A stretch of 64,000 nt of DNA from Octopus vulgaris (GCA_951406725.2 OX597828.1:42718001-42782000); one strand, 5' to 3'. Positions 39,936-53,587 are shown, counted from the first letter of the stretch. Translations and numbers: made by a program. The notes: generated by a model from the sequence alone, not told the origin.

Positions 39936-40168
39936 ATCCTTTCTATTATAGACACAAGGCCTGAAATTTGGGGAGAAGTGTGTAATCGATTACATCGACC
40001 CCAATGTTTCAGTGGTGCTTACTTTATCGATCCCAACAAGATTAGGCAAAATATACCTCGGCTGAATTTTAACTCAGAACATAAAAACGAACGATATGCC
40101 TCTAAGCATTTCGTCCGGCATGCTAACGTGGATTTGGTAGACAGAAACTGAAAGAAGCCCGTCGTATT

Positions 40169-40231
<63 letters not shown>

Positions 40232-40413
40232 ATGTATATGCTTGTGTGTCTTTGTCACCCCCAAGATCGCTTGACAACCGATGCTGGTGTGTTTACGTTC
40301 CCGTAACTTAGCGGTTCAGCAAAAGAAACCGATGGAATAAGTACTAGGCTTACAAAGAATAAGTCCTGGGGTCGATTTGCTCGACTAAAGGCGGTGCTCC
40401 ATCATAGCCACAG
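39936..40413. mobile_element. SINE A (minus, 39936-40127) fused to a 5'-truncated SINE B (plus, 40128-40413)
   Basis: Direct similarity to both consensuses. Confidence 0.8.
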
Positions 40414-40832
40414 TAAAAAAAAAAATAGCGTATGTTTCCATTTCAGATTTACGCACTTATTGATTGCTGCGGTCCCAGTTTTCCTAAGCCCTGTAAAAGA
40501 CCTCGGAAGTTTGGGCCTCCAACCAGGCCTTTCGCGACACCCTTAAAGTCAGGAACGTTTCAGCAGTCCCTCGAATATCCTTTCGAAAGTAGCGTTGACC
40601 TCTGTTAGATATAGACAGAGAACGTAAAGATTCAGAACAAATAAATGATGGCATTTTTTTCTCGACGCTGTACTAATTCTGCCAAGCAATCAAGTCTCGA
40701 AAAGACCGAAAAATATGCAAAGAACCGCTAAGTAGAAATCTCACAAAGATATGTAGGGTGAGACGTAGAAAATATACAAACACGACTGGAGGGTGAAAAA
40801 TGTTGGACGATGTGTAATTAGACGAATTATAT

Positions 40833-41241
40833 ACTCTTTACTCTTTTACTTGTTTCAGTCATTTGACTGCGGCCATGCTGGAACACCGGCTTTAATCGAG
40901 TAACTCGACCCCGGAACTTATTCTTTTGTAAGCCCAGTACTTATTCTATCGGCCTCGTTTACTGAACCGCTAAGTAACGGGGACATAAACACACCAGCAT
41001 CGGTTGTCAAGCAATGCTAGGGGACAAACACAGACACACAAACACACACACGCATATATATATATATACATATATACGACGGGCTTCTTTCAGTTTCCGT
41101 CTACCAAATCCACTCACAAGGATTTGGTCGACCCGATGCTATAGTAGAAGACACTTGCCCAAGGTGCCATGCAGTGGGACTGAACCCGGAACCATGTGGT
41201 TGGTAGACAAGCTACTTACCACAGAGCCACTCCTGCGCCTA
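40833..41241 (-). mobile_element. SINE family B, full length
   Basis: Reverse complement of the consensus. Confidence 0.92.
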
Positions 41242-41894
41242 TTCATAAAAGACAAAAAATTGCAGGGAAAATATGTAGGAGAAAACACGTATAAATTAAA
41301 ACAAATTATTATATAAAAATTACTAAAATTTCACTTGCGTTGATCAACATACCCCCACATTCCTGAGCATGCTTCCACCGTGCTACCCTTCCGTGTAGTT
41401 GAAGGCTGAAGATTATAAACTCTTCTGTAAGGAGATCTTGTTCTATATTGAGGGTCGCGTTTTATGGATCTTTGGACGAAGCGCTTAGAATTCAGTACCT
41501 ACAGGAATATAATTGGTGACAGGTGAAGCGAGGGCATGAAGTGGGCCTTATACAATGTGATTCGTAGTTTGTAATGTGGAGATAAATAGAAGACGTGGTA
41601 GTAGACATCGATGAAAAGGAGGAGGAGACACAGAGGTTCCTGATACAGTTTCCATTCTTTTTCTTTTGTAACCACTGACCTAACAAGAACCGGATACCGC
41701 CGAGAGGTATCAGGCTCTGTGGTAAGAAGCTCCCGACTCCATACCGTTTGAAGGCAGTATTTTCGTATTTTATCACTAAGGGAAGTAACTGTGAGTGAAT
41801 CATTGTGATAGCGTTGACGTTTCACCGTTACCATGACAGGCAATATTATTTCTTTTTTAAGTATATTTTTGAAAGCCGATTCAACGGAGAGGTA

Positions 41895-42090
41895 TTTGTT
41901 TGTTACCCCAACATCGCTTGTCAACCGATGCTAGTGTGTTTACGTCCCCTTAACTTAGCGGTTCAGCAAAAGAAATCGATAGAATAAGTACTAGGCTTAC
42001 AAAGAATAAATCCTGGGGTCGATTTACTCGACTAAAGGCGGTGCTCCAGCATGGCCACAGTCAAATGACTGAAACAAGTAAAAGAGTAAA
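41895..42090 (+). mobile_element. SINE family B 3' half
   Basis: Matches the tail. Confidence 0.88.
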
Positions 42091-42414
42091 AAAAAAAAAA
42101 GCGGTTTAAATGCGCAAGTCTCCGATGACCAAGTGGCTAAAATGTCTCAGCATAAAGGCAACCAGGGGTCGTGACCTGGATGTGGCCCACAGCCCCTTTA
42201 CAGTGCAAGTCTTTAAGGGCTGAAATAGTTGCCTGAGGTGCTGGTTGCTTTCTTTATTCACTGAAGACCCGCTGTTCAGTTCTCTTGAGCGTTTCTTACC
42301 AAAGAATCTGGCACCTCGCGCAGGTTGAGCCAATTAAAAGTTTTCTCAATGCGTCATTTACATTTTTCGGAATGTAACAAATTGAAATTGCAGATCCAAT
42401 CTACAGTGTTTTTA

Positions 42415-42826
42415 GCGTAGGAGCGACTGTGTGGTAAGTAGCTTGCTTATCGAACACATGGTTCCGGATTCAGTCCCACAGCGTAGCACCTTGGGCAAGT
42501 TTCTTCTAATACAGCCTCGGGCCGACCAAAGCCTTGTGAGTGGATTTGGTAGACGGGAACTGAAAGAAGCCCGTCGTATATATGTATATATTTACATATA
42601 TATGTATGCGTTTGTATATGTTTCTGTGTCTGTGTTTGTTCCCCCAACATCGCTTGACAACTGATGCTGGTGTGTTTACGTCCTCGTCACTTGGTGGTTA
42701 GGCAAAAGAAACCGATAACATAAGTACTAGGCTTACAAAGAATAAGTCCTGGGGTAGATTTGCTTGACTAAAGGCGGTGCTCCAGCATGGCCACAGTCAA
42801 ATGGCTGAAAAAAGTAAAAGAGTAAG

Positions 42827-42828
<2 letters not shown>
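42415..42828 (+). mobile_element. SINE family B, full length
   Basis: Collinear with the consensus. Confidence 0.9.
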
Positions 42829-42875
<47 letters not shown>

Positions 42876-43452
42876 AGGAGAGAGAGAGTAACAAAACTGT
42901 TAGAGCTTCGACTAGAATTCCTCGCGTTATTTATTTTGACTTTCTACATTTCGGGTTCAAATCTCACAGAGGTCGAACTTCGGTATTCAACCTTTCCTGG
43001 TCAATAAAACAAAGCATCAATATATAACAGTGCATAGAAGTGGGGAGCTATCCGTCTTTACGCTCTGCGTTCGAATTCCACCGGGGTCGGTTTTGCCTTT
43101 CATCCTTTCGGGCCGATAAAACATATACCAGTTGAAGCACTGGGGTCAATTCAATCGACCTAGCCCCTCTCCCAAGCATTCTGGCCTTGTGCCATAGAAC
43201 TTTAAGAATGTCGGACCGGACACCTTGTGGCATTTGTTCTGGTTTTGAGTTTGGATCCTACCAGAAGTTGTTTGTGTGGCACACTTAAGACAATGCGTCT
43301 CCCGAATTATCAAAACCACCGGGTACGTTGGGCGCCTGTTGCAAGCATTTGGGACTGGAAATTATTCTCAAAATATAGAGAATTTCTTTTCTTCTTCCCA
43401 ACTGTTTTAGAGATCTTGCGAAGTGTAATGGTCAGTGAATTACTACTTGACT

Positions 43453-43840
43453 GCGGAGGCGCAATGGCCAAGTGGTTAGGGCAGCGGACTCGCGGTCGTA
43501 GGATCGCGGTTTCGATTCCCAGACAGGGCGCTGTGAGTGTTTATTGAACGAATACACCTAAAGCTCCACGAGGCTCCGGCAGGAGGTTGGTAGCAAACCC
43601 TGCTATACTCTTTCCCCACAACTTTCTCTCACTCTTACTTCCTATTTCTGTTGTACCTGTATTTCAAAGGGCCGGCCTTGTCACTCTCTGTGTCACGCTG
43701 AATATCCCCGAGAACTACGTTAAGGGTACACGTGTCTGTGGAGTGCTCAGCCACTTACACGTTAATTTCACGAGCAGGCTGTTCCGTTGATCGGATCAGC
43801 CGGAACCCTCGTCGTCGTAACCGACGGAGTGCTTCCATCC
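43453..43840 (+). mobile_element. SINE family C, full length
   Basis: 11-bp TSD ACTACTTGACT (43442-43452, 43841-43851). Confidence 0.93.
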
Positions 43841-44004
43841 ACTACTTGACTAAAAGATAATAAACAATCGTTTTGTTAGGATTGGCTTGGCTGTGTGCTT
43901 AAAGAGCTTGATTGACAACCTTTCGTGCTACGCTGCGCGGCACCTTGGGAAAATGTCTTCTAAAACAGCCACGAACCGACTAATACTTGATAGATAATTT
44001 GCCT

Positions 44005-44680
44005 TTCAACCACATGGTTTGAGGTTGGCTCCCACTGCATGGAACCTCTAGCAGGTGTCTTCTACTATAGCCACGAGCCGACAAAAGCCATGTGAGTGGA
44101 TTTGGTTGGAGGAAACTGAAAGGAAGCGTTTAGGGACGGGGGATCATTCGAAAAAAAAAATAAGCGGCGAGCTGGAAGAAACGTTAGCGCGCCGAGCGAA
44201 ATGTGTAGCCGTATTTCGTCTGCCGTTAACGTTCTGAGTTCAAATTCCGCCGAGGTCAACTTTGCCTTTCATCCTATCGGAGTCGATAAATTAAGTACCA
44301 GTTACGCACTGGTGTCGATGTAATCGACTTAATCCCTTTGTCTGTCCTTGTTTGTCCCCTCTGTATTTAGCCCCTTGTGGGCAATAAAGAAATAGGTAAC
44401 TGAAAGGAAGCCCCTCAAATATATTTACATATGTGTGTGTGTGTGCGTGTATCTATGCATATGTGTGTATGTCCTTGTGCTTGTCTCCCGCCACCGCTTG
44501 ATGACTGCTTTTGATGTGTTTACCTTCCCGTGTATTGGCGGTTTGACAAAAGAAATCGATAAAATAAGTACAACGTTTCAAAAAGAAATGAGTACCGGCG
44601 TCGATTCGCGCGATTAAAATTCTTTAAGGCGGGCCCCAGCATGGCCGCATTCTTATGATTGAAACAGGTAAAAATACAAA
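44005..44680 (+). mobile_element. Old SINE B interrupted by SINE A (44161-44394)
   Basis: TSD AACTGAAAGGAAGC (44114-44127, 44398-44411). Confidence 0.85.
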
Positions 44681-45384
44681 GACAAGCAATGAATACAGTA
44701 CTAGCAATAAAACAATTTCGTGTTTGGTCTTCCAGACGTATTTCTGGTTTGGCATCTGTTTTGCTCATTGAGGAGAGGAGAAACAGATAAATTCTATTGG
44801 AGCAAAAAATGAACGCAAAGGAACTTGGATGGGACTTAATAAAACGGCCCATTTAATATGGAAATTGTTACTTCTATTTATATGCTAAATTTTAGTCGGT
44901 GAGCTGGTTGACCCACCGAGGTCGACTTTGCTTTTTATCCCTTCGGGATCGCAAGCCCTTCCCCTTCAAATTGCTGTGCTTGTATCCTGCAACGAACGGT
45001 GTTGCAGGACACAAGGAATCTCGCAGGATACAAGAGACCTCACTCACCTATCCGCCATGAAAATGAGTAATCGACCTTACGAATGCTATGACTAAAAAAA
45101 TCATACATACACGCACACACACATACACACACATGCATGCATGCATACATACATACATACATAAATACATACATACATACACACATACATACATGCATAC
45201 ATACATACATACATGCATACATAAATACATACATACACATATACATACATACATACATACATAAATACATACATACATACATACATACATACATAAATAC
45301 ATACATACATACATACATACATACATACATACATACATACATACATACATACATACATACATCCATACATATATATATGTGTGT

Positions 45385-45478
45385 GTGGAGGCGCAATGGC
45401 CCAGTGGTTAGGGCAGCGGACTCGCGGTTTCGATTCCCAGACTGGGCGTTGTGAGTGTTTATTGAGCGAAAACACCTT
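45385..45478 (+). mobile_element. SINE family C head
   Basis: Matches 32427-32535. Confidence 0.85.
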
Positions 45479-45582
45479 AACAAGATACTTTTCTTCCCAA
45501 GCTTGCTTAAGTAGGGAGCCAGTCAAAATATATTTTAAAGTGAAAAGAAGAGAAGATACGTGCGTACGTACATAAATATGTA

Positions 45583-46128
45583 TTGGGTTGTCCGGAAAGT
45601 TCGTGCCGATTTATTGTAGCTTACATTTCGACTTATTTTAGACCATGGTTGAGTTCATAAAATAGGATTCGACTACACCTCAGTTTAAGCTATCTTTTCG
45701 TGGAAGAAGGTTTATGTTCCTATAACCTGTGTTAATTCTGTAACCCTTTAAAATGGAAGATAAGAAAGTTCATTTTCGGCACTTGGTGATTTGGGAATCA
45801 GACAAAAATTGCTGCAGCTCGGCTGAGCCCCACCCTCCATATTCACCAGATATTGCTCCTTCGGATTTCCACTTATTCAGGTCTCTGCAGAATAGTCTTA
45901 ATGGTAAAAATTTCAATTCCTTGGATGACGTAAAAAGATACCTTGATGAATTCTTTGCCATGAAACCACCTCAATTCTGGGAAGAGGGTATTTTCAAGTT
46001 AAAGGAAAGATGGGGACGCATTGTGCAACAAAATGGTTCATGTTTGGTAGATTAAAAATGTAATGGCAAGTATTTATTGACCTTTTCCTTTCCGTTAAAA
46101 ATCGGCACGAACTTTCCGGACAACCCAA
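45583..46128 (+). mobile_element. Non-autonomous mariner deletion derivative (546 bp)
   Basis: Perfect 30-bp TIRs TTGGGTTGTCCGGAAAGTTCGTGCCGATTT with TA on both sides. ORF 45753-46055 fuses the N-terminus to HPPYSPDIAPSDFHLFRSLQ. Confidence 0.95.
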
Positions 46129-46179
46129 TATTTTAATGACGCGGTACTTCATTATGCAACTTTAATATATATATACTGT

Positions 46180-46580
46180 ATATTCTTTTCTTCTCTAGGC
46201 ACAAAGCCCGAAATTTTGGGGGAGGGGTGGGCAGTCGATTAGATCGAACCCAGTGCGCAACTGGTACTTAATTTATCGACCCCGGAAAGATAAAGGCAAA
46301 GTCGACCTCGGTGGAATTTGAAGTCAGAACGTAAAGACAGATGAAATACCTATTTCTTTGCTATCTACAAGCGGCTAAACACAGAGAGGACAAACAAGGA
46401 CAGACAAACGGATTAAGTCGTTTATATCGACGCCAGTGCGTAACTGGTACTTATTTAATCGACCTCGAAAGGATGAAAGGCAAAGTGGACTTCGGCGGAA
46501 TTTGAACTCAGAACGTAAAGACAGACGAAATACCGCTAAGCATTTCGCCCGGCGCGCTAACGGTTCTGCCAGCCCGCCGC
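46180..46580 (-). mobile_element. SINE family A dimer
   Basis: Junction GAAATACCTATTTC at 46343. Confidence 0.9.
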
Positions 46581-46595
46581 ATTACTAATGAAGTA

Positions 46596-46809
46596 TACTC
46601 TTTTACTCTTTTACTTGTTTCAGTCATTTGACCGCGGCCATGATGGAACACCGCCTTTAGTCGAGCAAATCGATCCAGGACTTATTCTTTGCAAGCCTAG
46701 TACTTATTCTATCGGTAGCTTTTACCGAACCGCTAAGTTACGGGGGACATAAATACACCAGCATCGGTTGTCAAGCGATGTTGGAGGGGTGGTGGTGACA
46801 CGCGCATGC

Positions 46810-46878
<69 letters not shown>

Positions 46879-47013
46879 ACGGGCTCCTTTCAGTTTCCGT
46901 TTACCAAATCCACTCACAAAGCTTTAGTCGGCCCGAGTTTATATTAGAAGACTTGCCCAAGGTGCCACGCAGTGGGACTGAACCTGGAACCATGTGGTTG
47001 ATAAGCAAGCTAC
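46596..47013 (-). mobile_element. SINE family B, head clipped by the adjacent element
   Basis: Reverse complement of the consensus, ending at GCAAGCTACT. Confidence 0.88.
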
Positions 47014-48720
47014 TTTATTTCAAAAATTTTGCCATGAAGGTACGATACAGAGTAGCTTGTGGGCTAGTCAAAGACATTGATGAGGTGACTGATGATATGG
47101 ATGATATTAATGGGAGAAGACAAAAAACGCCTGTTTACGAATTGGGGCGTTAATCTTCTTAAACACAATAACATGCAATAACATAATAATCATTATAACA
47201 CTGAGGCTTTTCAACCTCTTGTCATTATTCCTCCCCGACATCGCTTGTGCCCGTATACTCCACCATCCCCCACGTCTCATTCAAGACCAAGGCGGGATCC
47301 GAGCCGGCGTCGCCCGGCCACAAACGATATTCCTCATTGGGTCCCTGCAGCCTACATCCCACAGCCACCGTTATGACCTCCACAGCTATCTGCGGAGGCC
47401 ATTCGGGATCCTGTGTGAAGTTTAAAGGTACTCCCTTATGGTGCCTTTCCACCACCTCTTCTAACTCTCCGCCTCTGTAGAAGAAGACCAATAGTTTCTC
47501 TTCCTCTGGGTTCGAGGTAGTCAATTCTATCGTCGGCGGCACAGTTTTCCAATGGTGTCTATTCCCCTGCTAGAGCCTCCTACCGGCAATGTTCCGGGAC
47601 ATTCCGGTGCCATGTCACCGACTGCCAGCAATGTCCCATTTCTCTTCCTCTTCTTCTTTTTTCTCCTCTCAACTGAGGGAAGGTGCGTCTCCTTCGTGAC
47701 CGGGAGATTCACCTCCCCTCCCTCATTCAAAGGATCCTTCGGTGAGCACTCATTGTTGCTCACCTTCTTCCTTTTGCGACCCTTCCCTGAGGAGTCCTCC
47801 GTCTCCTCAGCCGCCTTCGTTTCCTCTTCTACAGAGGTCTCAACTAACTGCTCCAGGACTCCGCCTTGCCTCCGAGGACAGTTCTTCCTTATATGGCCAG
47901 GCTCCAGGCACCGATGACACCTGGTGAGTGAGGGTGACCCTCTAGAATCACCGGGTACCTGCACTCGGCCATTTTCAAAAAATCTAGCTTAACCAGACTC
48001 ATGGCTGATTGGGTCCACAGGGTCAAAACAGCTTTTGACACAACCCAATCAGCTGCAGGAAGAATTTTCACATTGAGGAACCTGGCTCCGCTGCCACCCA
48101 AACCCTGACGGATAGTATTATCTATCTACTGGGGTTCAATTCCGGGTGGAAAACCGCAGATCCAGGTCCTCGTCAATTCATTCCCACAATAAGTGGGAAG
48201 AAACAAAATTTCTTTACCCTCAACGGGCTGGCTCGCAAAACTGCGAGCTTCCTCTGGGATGTCAAACAGCAACCACACCTTTGCATGTTTGACTCCCCTA
48301 GAGATATATTCAATGTTTGGCAGATGTTCCGCCAACTCCTGCTCAATCATCTGCTTGGAGAAGACGGTAATGGTGTCGAGAAACTTCGAATACGTTCTCA
48401 ACACCACCGTCCTCTCCTCTTGCTGTCTGAGCCACTCCTTAGGTGGGACAATCTACCACTCTACAATCTTTTCCGTACCTTTTTGCCATGTTAAAAAATA
48501 TTAATGTCCAAAATAATAGTTCACAAAAAAGGAAAGAGAGAATTCAGAACGAAACAAAAGGGAAGAAGAAAAAATTTAAAAAAACATTTCAATAAAACAT
48601 GTCACAATAGAAGAAAACAACAGTTCAAAAAAAATACACAGCAAAAAAGTCTTCTGGGCATTCAGGTACTCCAAGCCCTTATGGTACTCCAATTAGAACC
48701 TGGACTGATCCAGTTCAAAT
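47014..48720 (-). mobile_element. Tx1/L1-like element carrying only a decayed ORF1 (gag-like CCHC knuckle)
   Basis: PVILEG followed by CHRCLEPGHIRKNCP (Cx2Cx4Hx4C). Frameshifted ORF pieces at 47225-48489; AATAAA at the 3' end (47019-47014). Confidence 0.7.
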
Positions 48721-49329
48721 ACAGCTTTCCAACGTTGTTGTAAAATACACACTATTTACAAACAGCGAACGACTTTTGGTGGCAAGATACGTCACCAAAC
48801 TATATTTCTCACAAGGAGAAAAATTTTTCCCTACATGTGAACACTTGAAATATAGTTTTCCAATAATGGTAAATGTTGTAAAAACACACACTGTTAAAAA
48901 GTGAACAACTTTTGGTTGAAGGATAGGCACACCAAACTGTACTTCTCACAATGAGAAAAAATATATATATTTAATATTTGATATTTGAACCATATTGCTG
49001 AGCCGCAAGTAGACCAACATCTTGAACCCAGTGAGGATTCCCTGTTTGTAAAACATATAAGCATAGACAACGACCCTCACTGGGTTCATGAGAAAAATCT
49101 TACCTTGCAGTAGCTTCTTTTGGCAGGCTAAACACTGCCGGCTATGTTCTTCAGTGCACAACACAATGACACATGCACACACTGACAACAAAGACTCATG
49201 GGAAGTCTCAAAAGGACTCATGGGATGTATGCAGGCTACTTGTTCTACTGTGTTAGCAGTGCTGCTACATTACTTGTTAGGGTTATCGCTACAGATATTC
49301 AATAGAAATTATAGCCAACACTATGTATT

Positions 49330-49515
49330 ATAGGCGAGCTGATTGAAACGGGAGAGCGTCGGACAAAATGTTTAGCGGCATTTCTTTACCTTTTTAGTTC
49401 GAATCTCGCCGAGGTAAACTGCCTTTTATTCAGGAAGAGTCGATAAAATAAAGTACCATTCAAGTACTGGAGCTAATTAATCAACTTATCTTCCTCCTTT
49501 AAAATTGCTAGCCTT
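49330..49515 (+). mobile_element. Old SINE family A copy
   Basis: GGCGAGCTG...GTTCGAATCTCGCCGAGGT...CGATAAAATAAAGTACCA. Confidence 0.65.
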
Positions 49516-50269
49516 GAACTCTTCAACGGATCTGCGTTCCGTTTAGGGTGAATGTTGTGATATCGGTCAAATATAGGCCATCGAAACCGGATAACCAGTT
49601 TCATATGTCACAGGGCTCAAGAAAATAAAATAAAAACTGAAAAAATATGTTAAACTACAGTGCGATTATTAATAAAATATACGAATTAAAATGACGTATT
49701 TATAGATGACACTTAAAGTAAGGAATCGATTGGATAAAAAACCAAAAAATATTACAAAAAATGGGTGAACGAAATGAAAAACTGATAAAAATGAAATAAT
49801 ATTACAAAGAAAATGTTAATAAAACTTGATCTTTTTCCCCAAACTCAATAAAGCAAAGTTTTTTTTCTGATTTCTAGCCTAGACGTCTAGCTCAGAGATC
49901 ATTCTGATATTAAATTAATGCAATTAAAAGTCATTAAATGCAATCATATTTGTTTTTTTATACCTCAATAATTAACTACAAAAAGACGTATAACCAACAG
50001 AACCGATCACTCATACATACATACATACCCGCACGGGCACACACACACACACACACACACACACGCAAATACGCACAAACACACCCACACATAAATATAT
50101 GTATGTATATACACATGTATACATAATTATATATGCTTATATACGCTTTTATACACACACACATGTAGACACATCGTTATCGTATAAGTGTATATATATA
50201 TATATATACACGCGTGAGTATGTGTGTGTATGAATATTCATATATATATATATATATATTGTATGAATA

Positions 50270-50315
<46 letters not shown>

Positions 50316-50337
50316 TATCTATATATTACACACACAC

Positions 50338-50374
<37 letters not shown>

Positions 50375-50517
50375 ATTATAGGAACATACACACACGCATA
50401 TATATATTCTGATACATATATACGTATACATAAATTTGATATCATTATCGAATTCATGTTTTATTATCATCATCATCATCGTCATTATTATTATAATTAT
50501 TATTATAATTATTGCTA

Positions 50518-50602
<85 letters not shown>

Positions 50603-50762
50603 CATCATTATTACTATTATTATTGCTGTCATTATTACTATCAGTGTTATTTTATTTTAAACTTTCTTCTCAATTTCATTTAATCGATAAAATGTATTTG
50701 TTAGTAAGCAAATAATAAATTATCTTGTTTTTATTTTCACCTAATATATATATGTGTGTGTA

Positions 50763-50802
<40 letters not shown>

Positions 50803-51076
50803 TATGTGATGGCGTAATCAGAATTTAAGATAACAGAGTTCTAATTACTGATGACATAACTAACAACTTCATTGATCTCTCACAAAAAAGTTTCTATCAA
50901 AAGCCACAAATTAAACGTTTTTATAGATTTAATTTCATAAATGTTCAGAAATCTAAGTGAAAAGTCAACGAAATTTTACGTTTATTTGTATATTTATTTT
51001 GTATATTTATTATATATATATTTCCACACACACATACACATATGTGTGTGTATATATATATATGCACACATATATG

Positions 51077-51146
<70 letters not shown>

Positions 51147-51369
51147 TGTGTGTGTATTTGATAATCTATTTATGTTATATGATTATATGCTTCGGTATTG
51201 ATATATTTAATTACTTGTTTAATTAAGATGTTTTCGGTCATCTTACTAAATTGAGATAGCGCGCGTGCACACACACACGCACATTTTCACCACTCACACA
51301 CATGTATATATGATGTACATACATACATACATGCACACATACATATTATACATACATATATTTATATAT

Positions 51370-51430
<61 letters not shown>

Positions 51431-52139
51431 CATAAATACACACGTGCACACACACACTCACATATATATATATATGCACATACCCTCCCCTATATATACT
51501 TAAAAATATGTATTCACACACACACTCACACATACACATACATACATACACACACATAATACACAAACACGCATACATACATACATAAATACATACATAT
51601 ATATGTTTTCTCTTTGTGTTTTCATGTTTGGACTTTATATAAACATATATATATATACATATCTGGGTTTATACGTATGTGCGTGTTCAGATGTGTGTGA
51701 TTATATGTATGCGTGTGTGTGCGTGTGCGTATGTGTACGCACACACACACACACACACACATGTTCACGCACATACATACGATTAGTATAAGAAAACATC
51801 ACGTAGAAAGTGGGGTTAAATTTGAACTTACTTGTCTGGATTGACAACATTCTGTGGAGCATCCAACAAATATACTTTGTGATATTTTATTAGGTATCTT
51901 TATGTTCTCGGATCAAATTTCAACTGCGCTAACACCGTGCAAAGACCAAAATAACGTACAAATACTACATACAAATCTACACGTGATATGGTCGATCTCT
52001 TTCACTAAAACATCCGAACGTGGAGCTCCATCTTGGCCATAATTGAGTGAATAAATCTATGAAAGAGTAAATGTAGAAAAGGATGGCACAGGGAGTGAAG
52101 TCTTCCCTTAACTAAAATAGATAAATGTTCCCTCTCTTG

Positions 52140-52353
52140 CCATGTCAAGCTCATAAGGGTAGATTTCCCGGTTTCAGTGGCGTAGAAATTCCCCACGCCA
52201 GTCCGTCGCAGGATTACTCACTTTTGCCAGCTGAGTGGACTGGAGCAACGTGAAATGAAGTGTTTTGCTCAAAAATACAACGCATCGTTCGGTCTAGAAA
52301 TCGAAACCTCTCGATCATTGGTTCAACACCCTAACCAATAAGCCACGCGCCTT
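52140..52353 (-). mobile_element. SINE family D
   Basis: tRNA-like head plus TTGAGCAAAACACTTCATTTCACGTTGCTCCAGTCCACTCAGCTG domain on the minus strand. Confidence 0.7.
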
Positions 52354-52519
52354 CGCTTTCCCTCGACTTGAGAAATAATTATTATGAGAAATAATTATTA
52401 TAGCATTACCTGGTGGATTCTATTGATTGAAATGCATGATCATAAGCGAGTTGAGCTGTCACGGCTGTTTCGCCTCCTGGTTCAAATGTATTTCACTTCA
52501 TTTTCTTAGTTATATTGAT

Positions 52520-52731
52520 TTAAATTTTGGCAGTAGGTCGGCAGATTTGGGGCAAGGTGCTAGTCGATTACATCGGCCCTCAGTGCTCAACTGGTGCTTA
52601 TTTTATCGATCGCGAAAGGACGAAATGCAAAGTCAACCTCGGTGGAATTTGAACTTAGAAGGTAGAGATGGGCTAAATGCCGCTAAGCATCTTGCCCGGC
52701 GTGCTACCGATTCTGCCAGCTCGCTGCCTTA
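52520..52731 (-). mobile_element. SINE family A, diverged
   Basis: Head and central domain. Confidence 0.8.
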
Positions 52732-52802
52732 AATTCTTCGGTAATATCCTCAGTTGCTTTCAAAGAAATCCACGTTTGGGCTTGATCTTAAAATACAAAC
52801 AC

Positions 52803-52879
<77 letters not shown>

Positions 52880-53260
52880 CATGGCGCTCTGTCGGTTACG
52901 ACGACGAGAGTTCCAGTTGATCAGATCAATGGAACAGCCTGCTCGCGAAACTAACGTGCAAGTGGCTGAGCACTCTACAGACACGTGTACCCTTAATGTA
53001 GTTCTCGAGGAGATTGGGCGTGACACACAGCGTGACAAGACTGGCTCTTTGAAATACGGGTGCAACAGAAACAGGAAGAAAGAGTGAGAGAAAGTTGTGG
53101 GGAAAGAGTACAGCAGGGTTAACCACAAGCCCCTGCCGGAGCCTCGTCGAGCTTTAAGTGCTTTCGCTCAATAAACACTCACAACGCCCGGTCTGGGAGT
53201 CGAAACTGCGATCGTAGGACCGCGTGTCCGCTGCCCTAACCACTGAGCCATTGCGCCTCA
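52880..53260 (-). mobile_element. SINE family C
   Basis: Reverse complement of 32427-32813. Confidence 0.9.
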
Positions 53261-53587
53261 CATACACAAACAAACACACACACAGTTTCTTCTTTTATTT
53301 CAGAAATTTGACTGCAGCCATGCTGGAGCATCGCCTTGACGGGTTTTAGTCGAATAAGTCGACTCCAGGATTTATTCTTTATAAACCTAGTACTTAATAA
53401 AACGTTTTTATTTTGCCGAACTACTACGTTACGTATGTGTCACATACAATACTGGAGATGAAGGAAAAAGGTTGGTCATTCCCCTAAAATTCTGTATAAA
53501 TACCTAAATCTGATTTCTGATGAAGTTTTGACTAAGCAATACAAGCTTTCTCCTATCAAATACTGCCTTCAAATTCTTTCTGTATAT

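Noticed and set aside
40466-40500. Twister-like GGUCCC...AAGCCC
   Set aside because: Spacing is wrong, and the P1, P2 and pseudoknot partners are absent.
49563-49608. Third permuted-hammerhead candidate (UCGGUC ... CGAAACCGG ... UUU)
   Set aside because: Stem III and a short stem I fit, but the core position reads CAUAUGU rather than CUGANGA.
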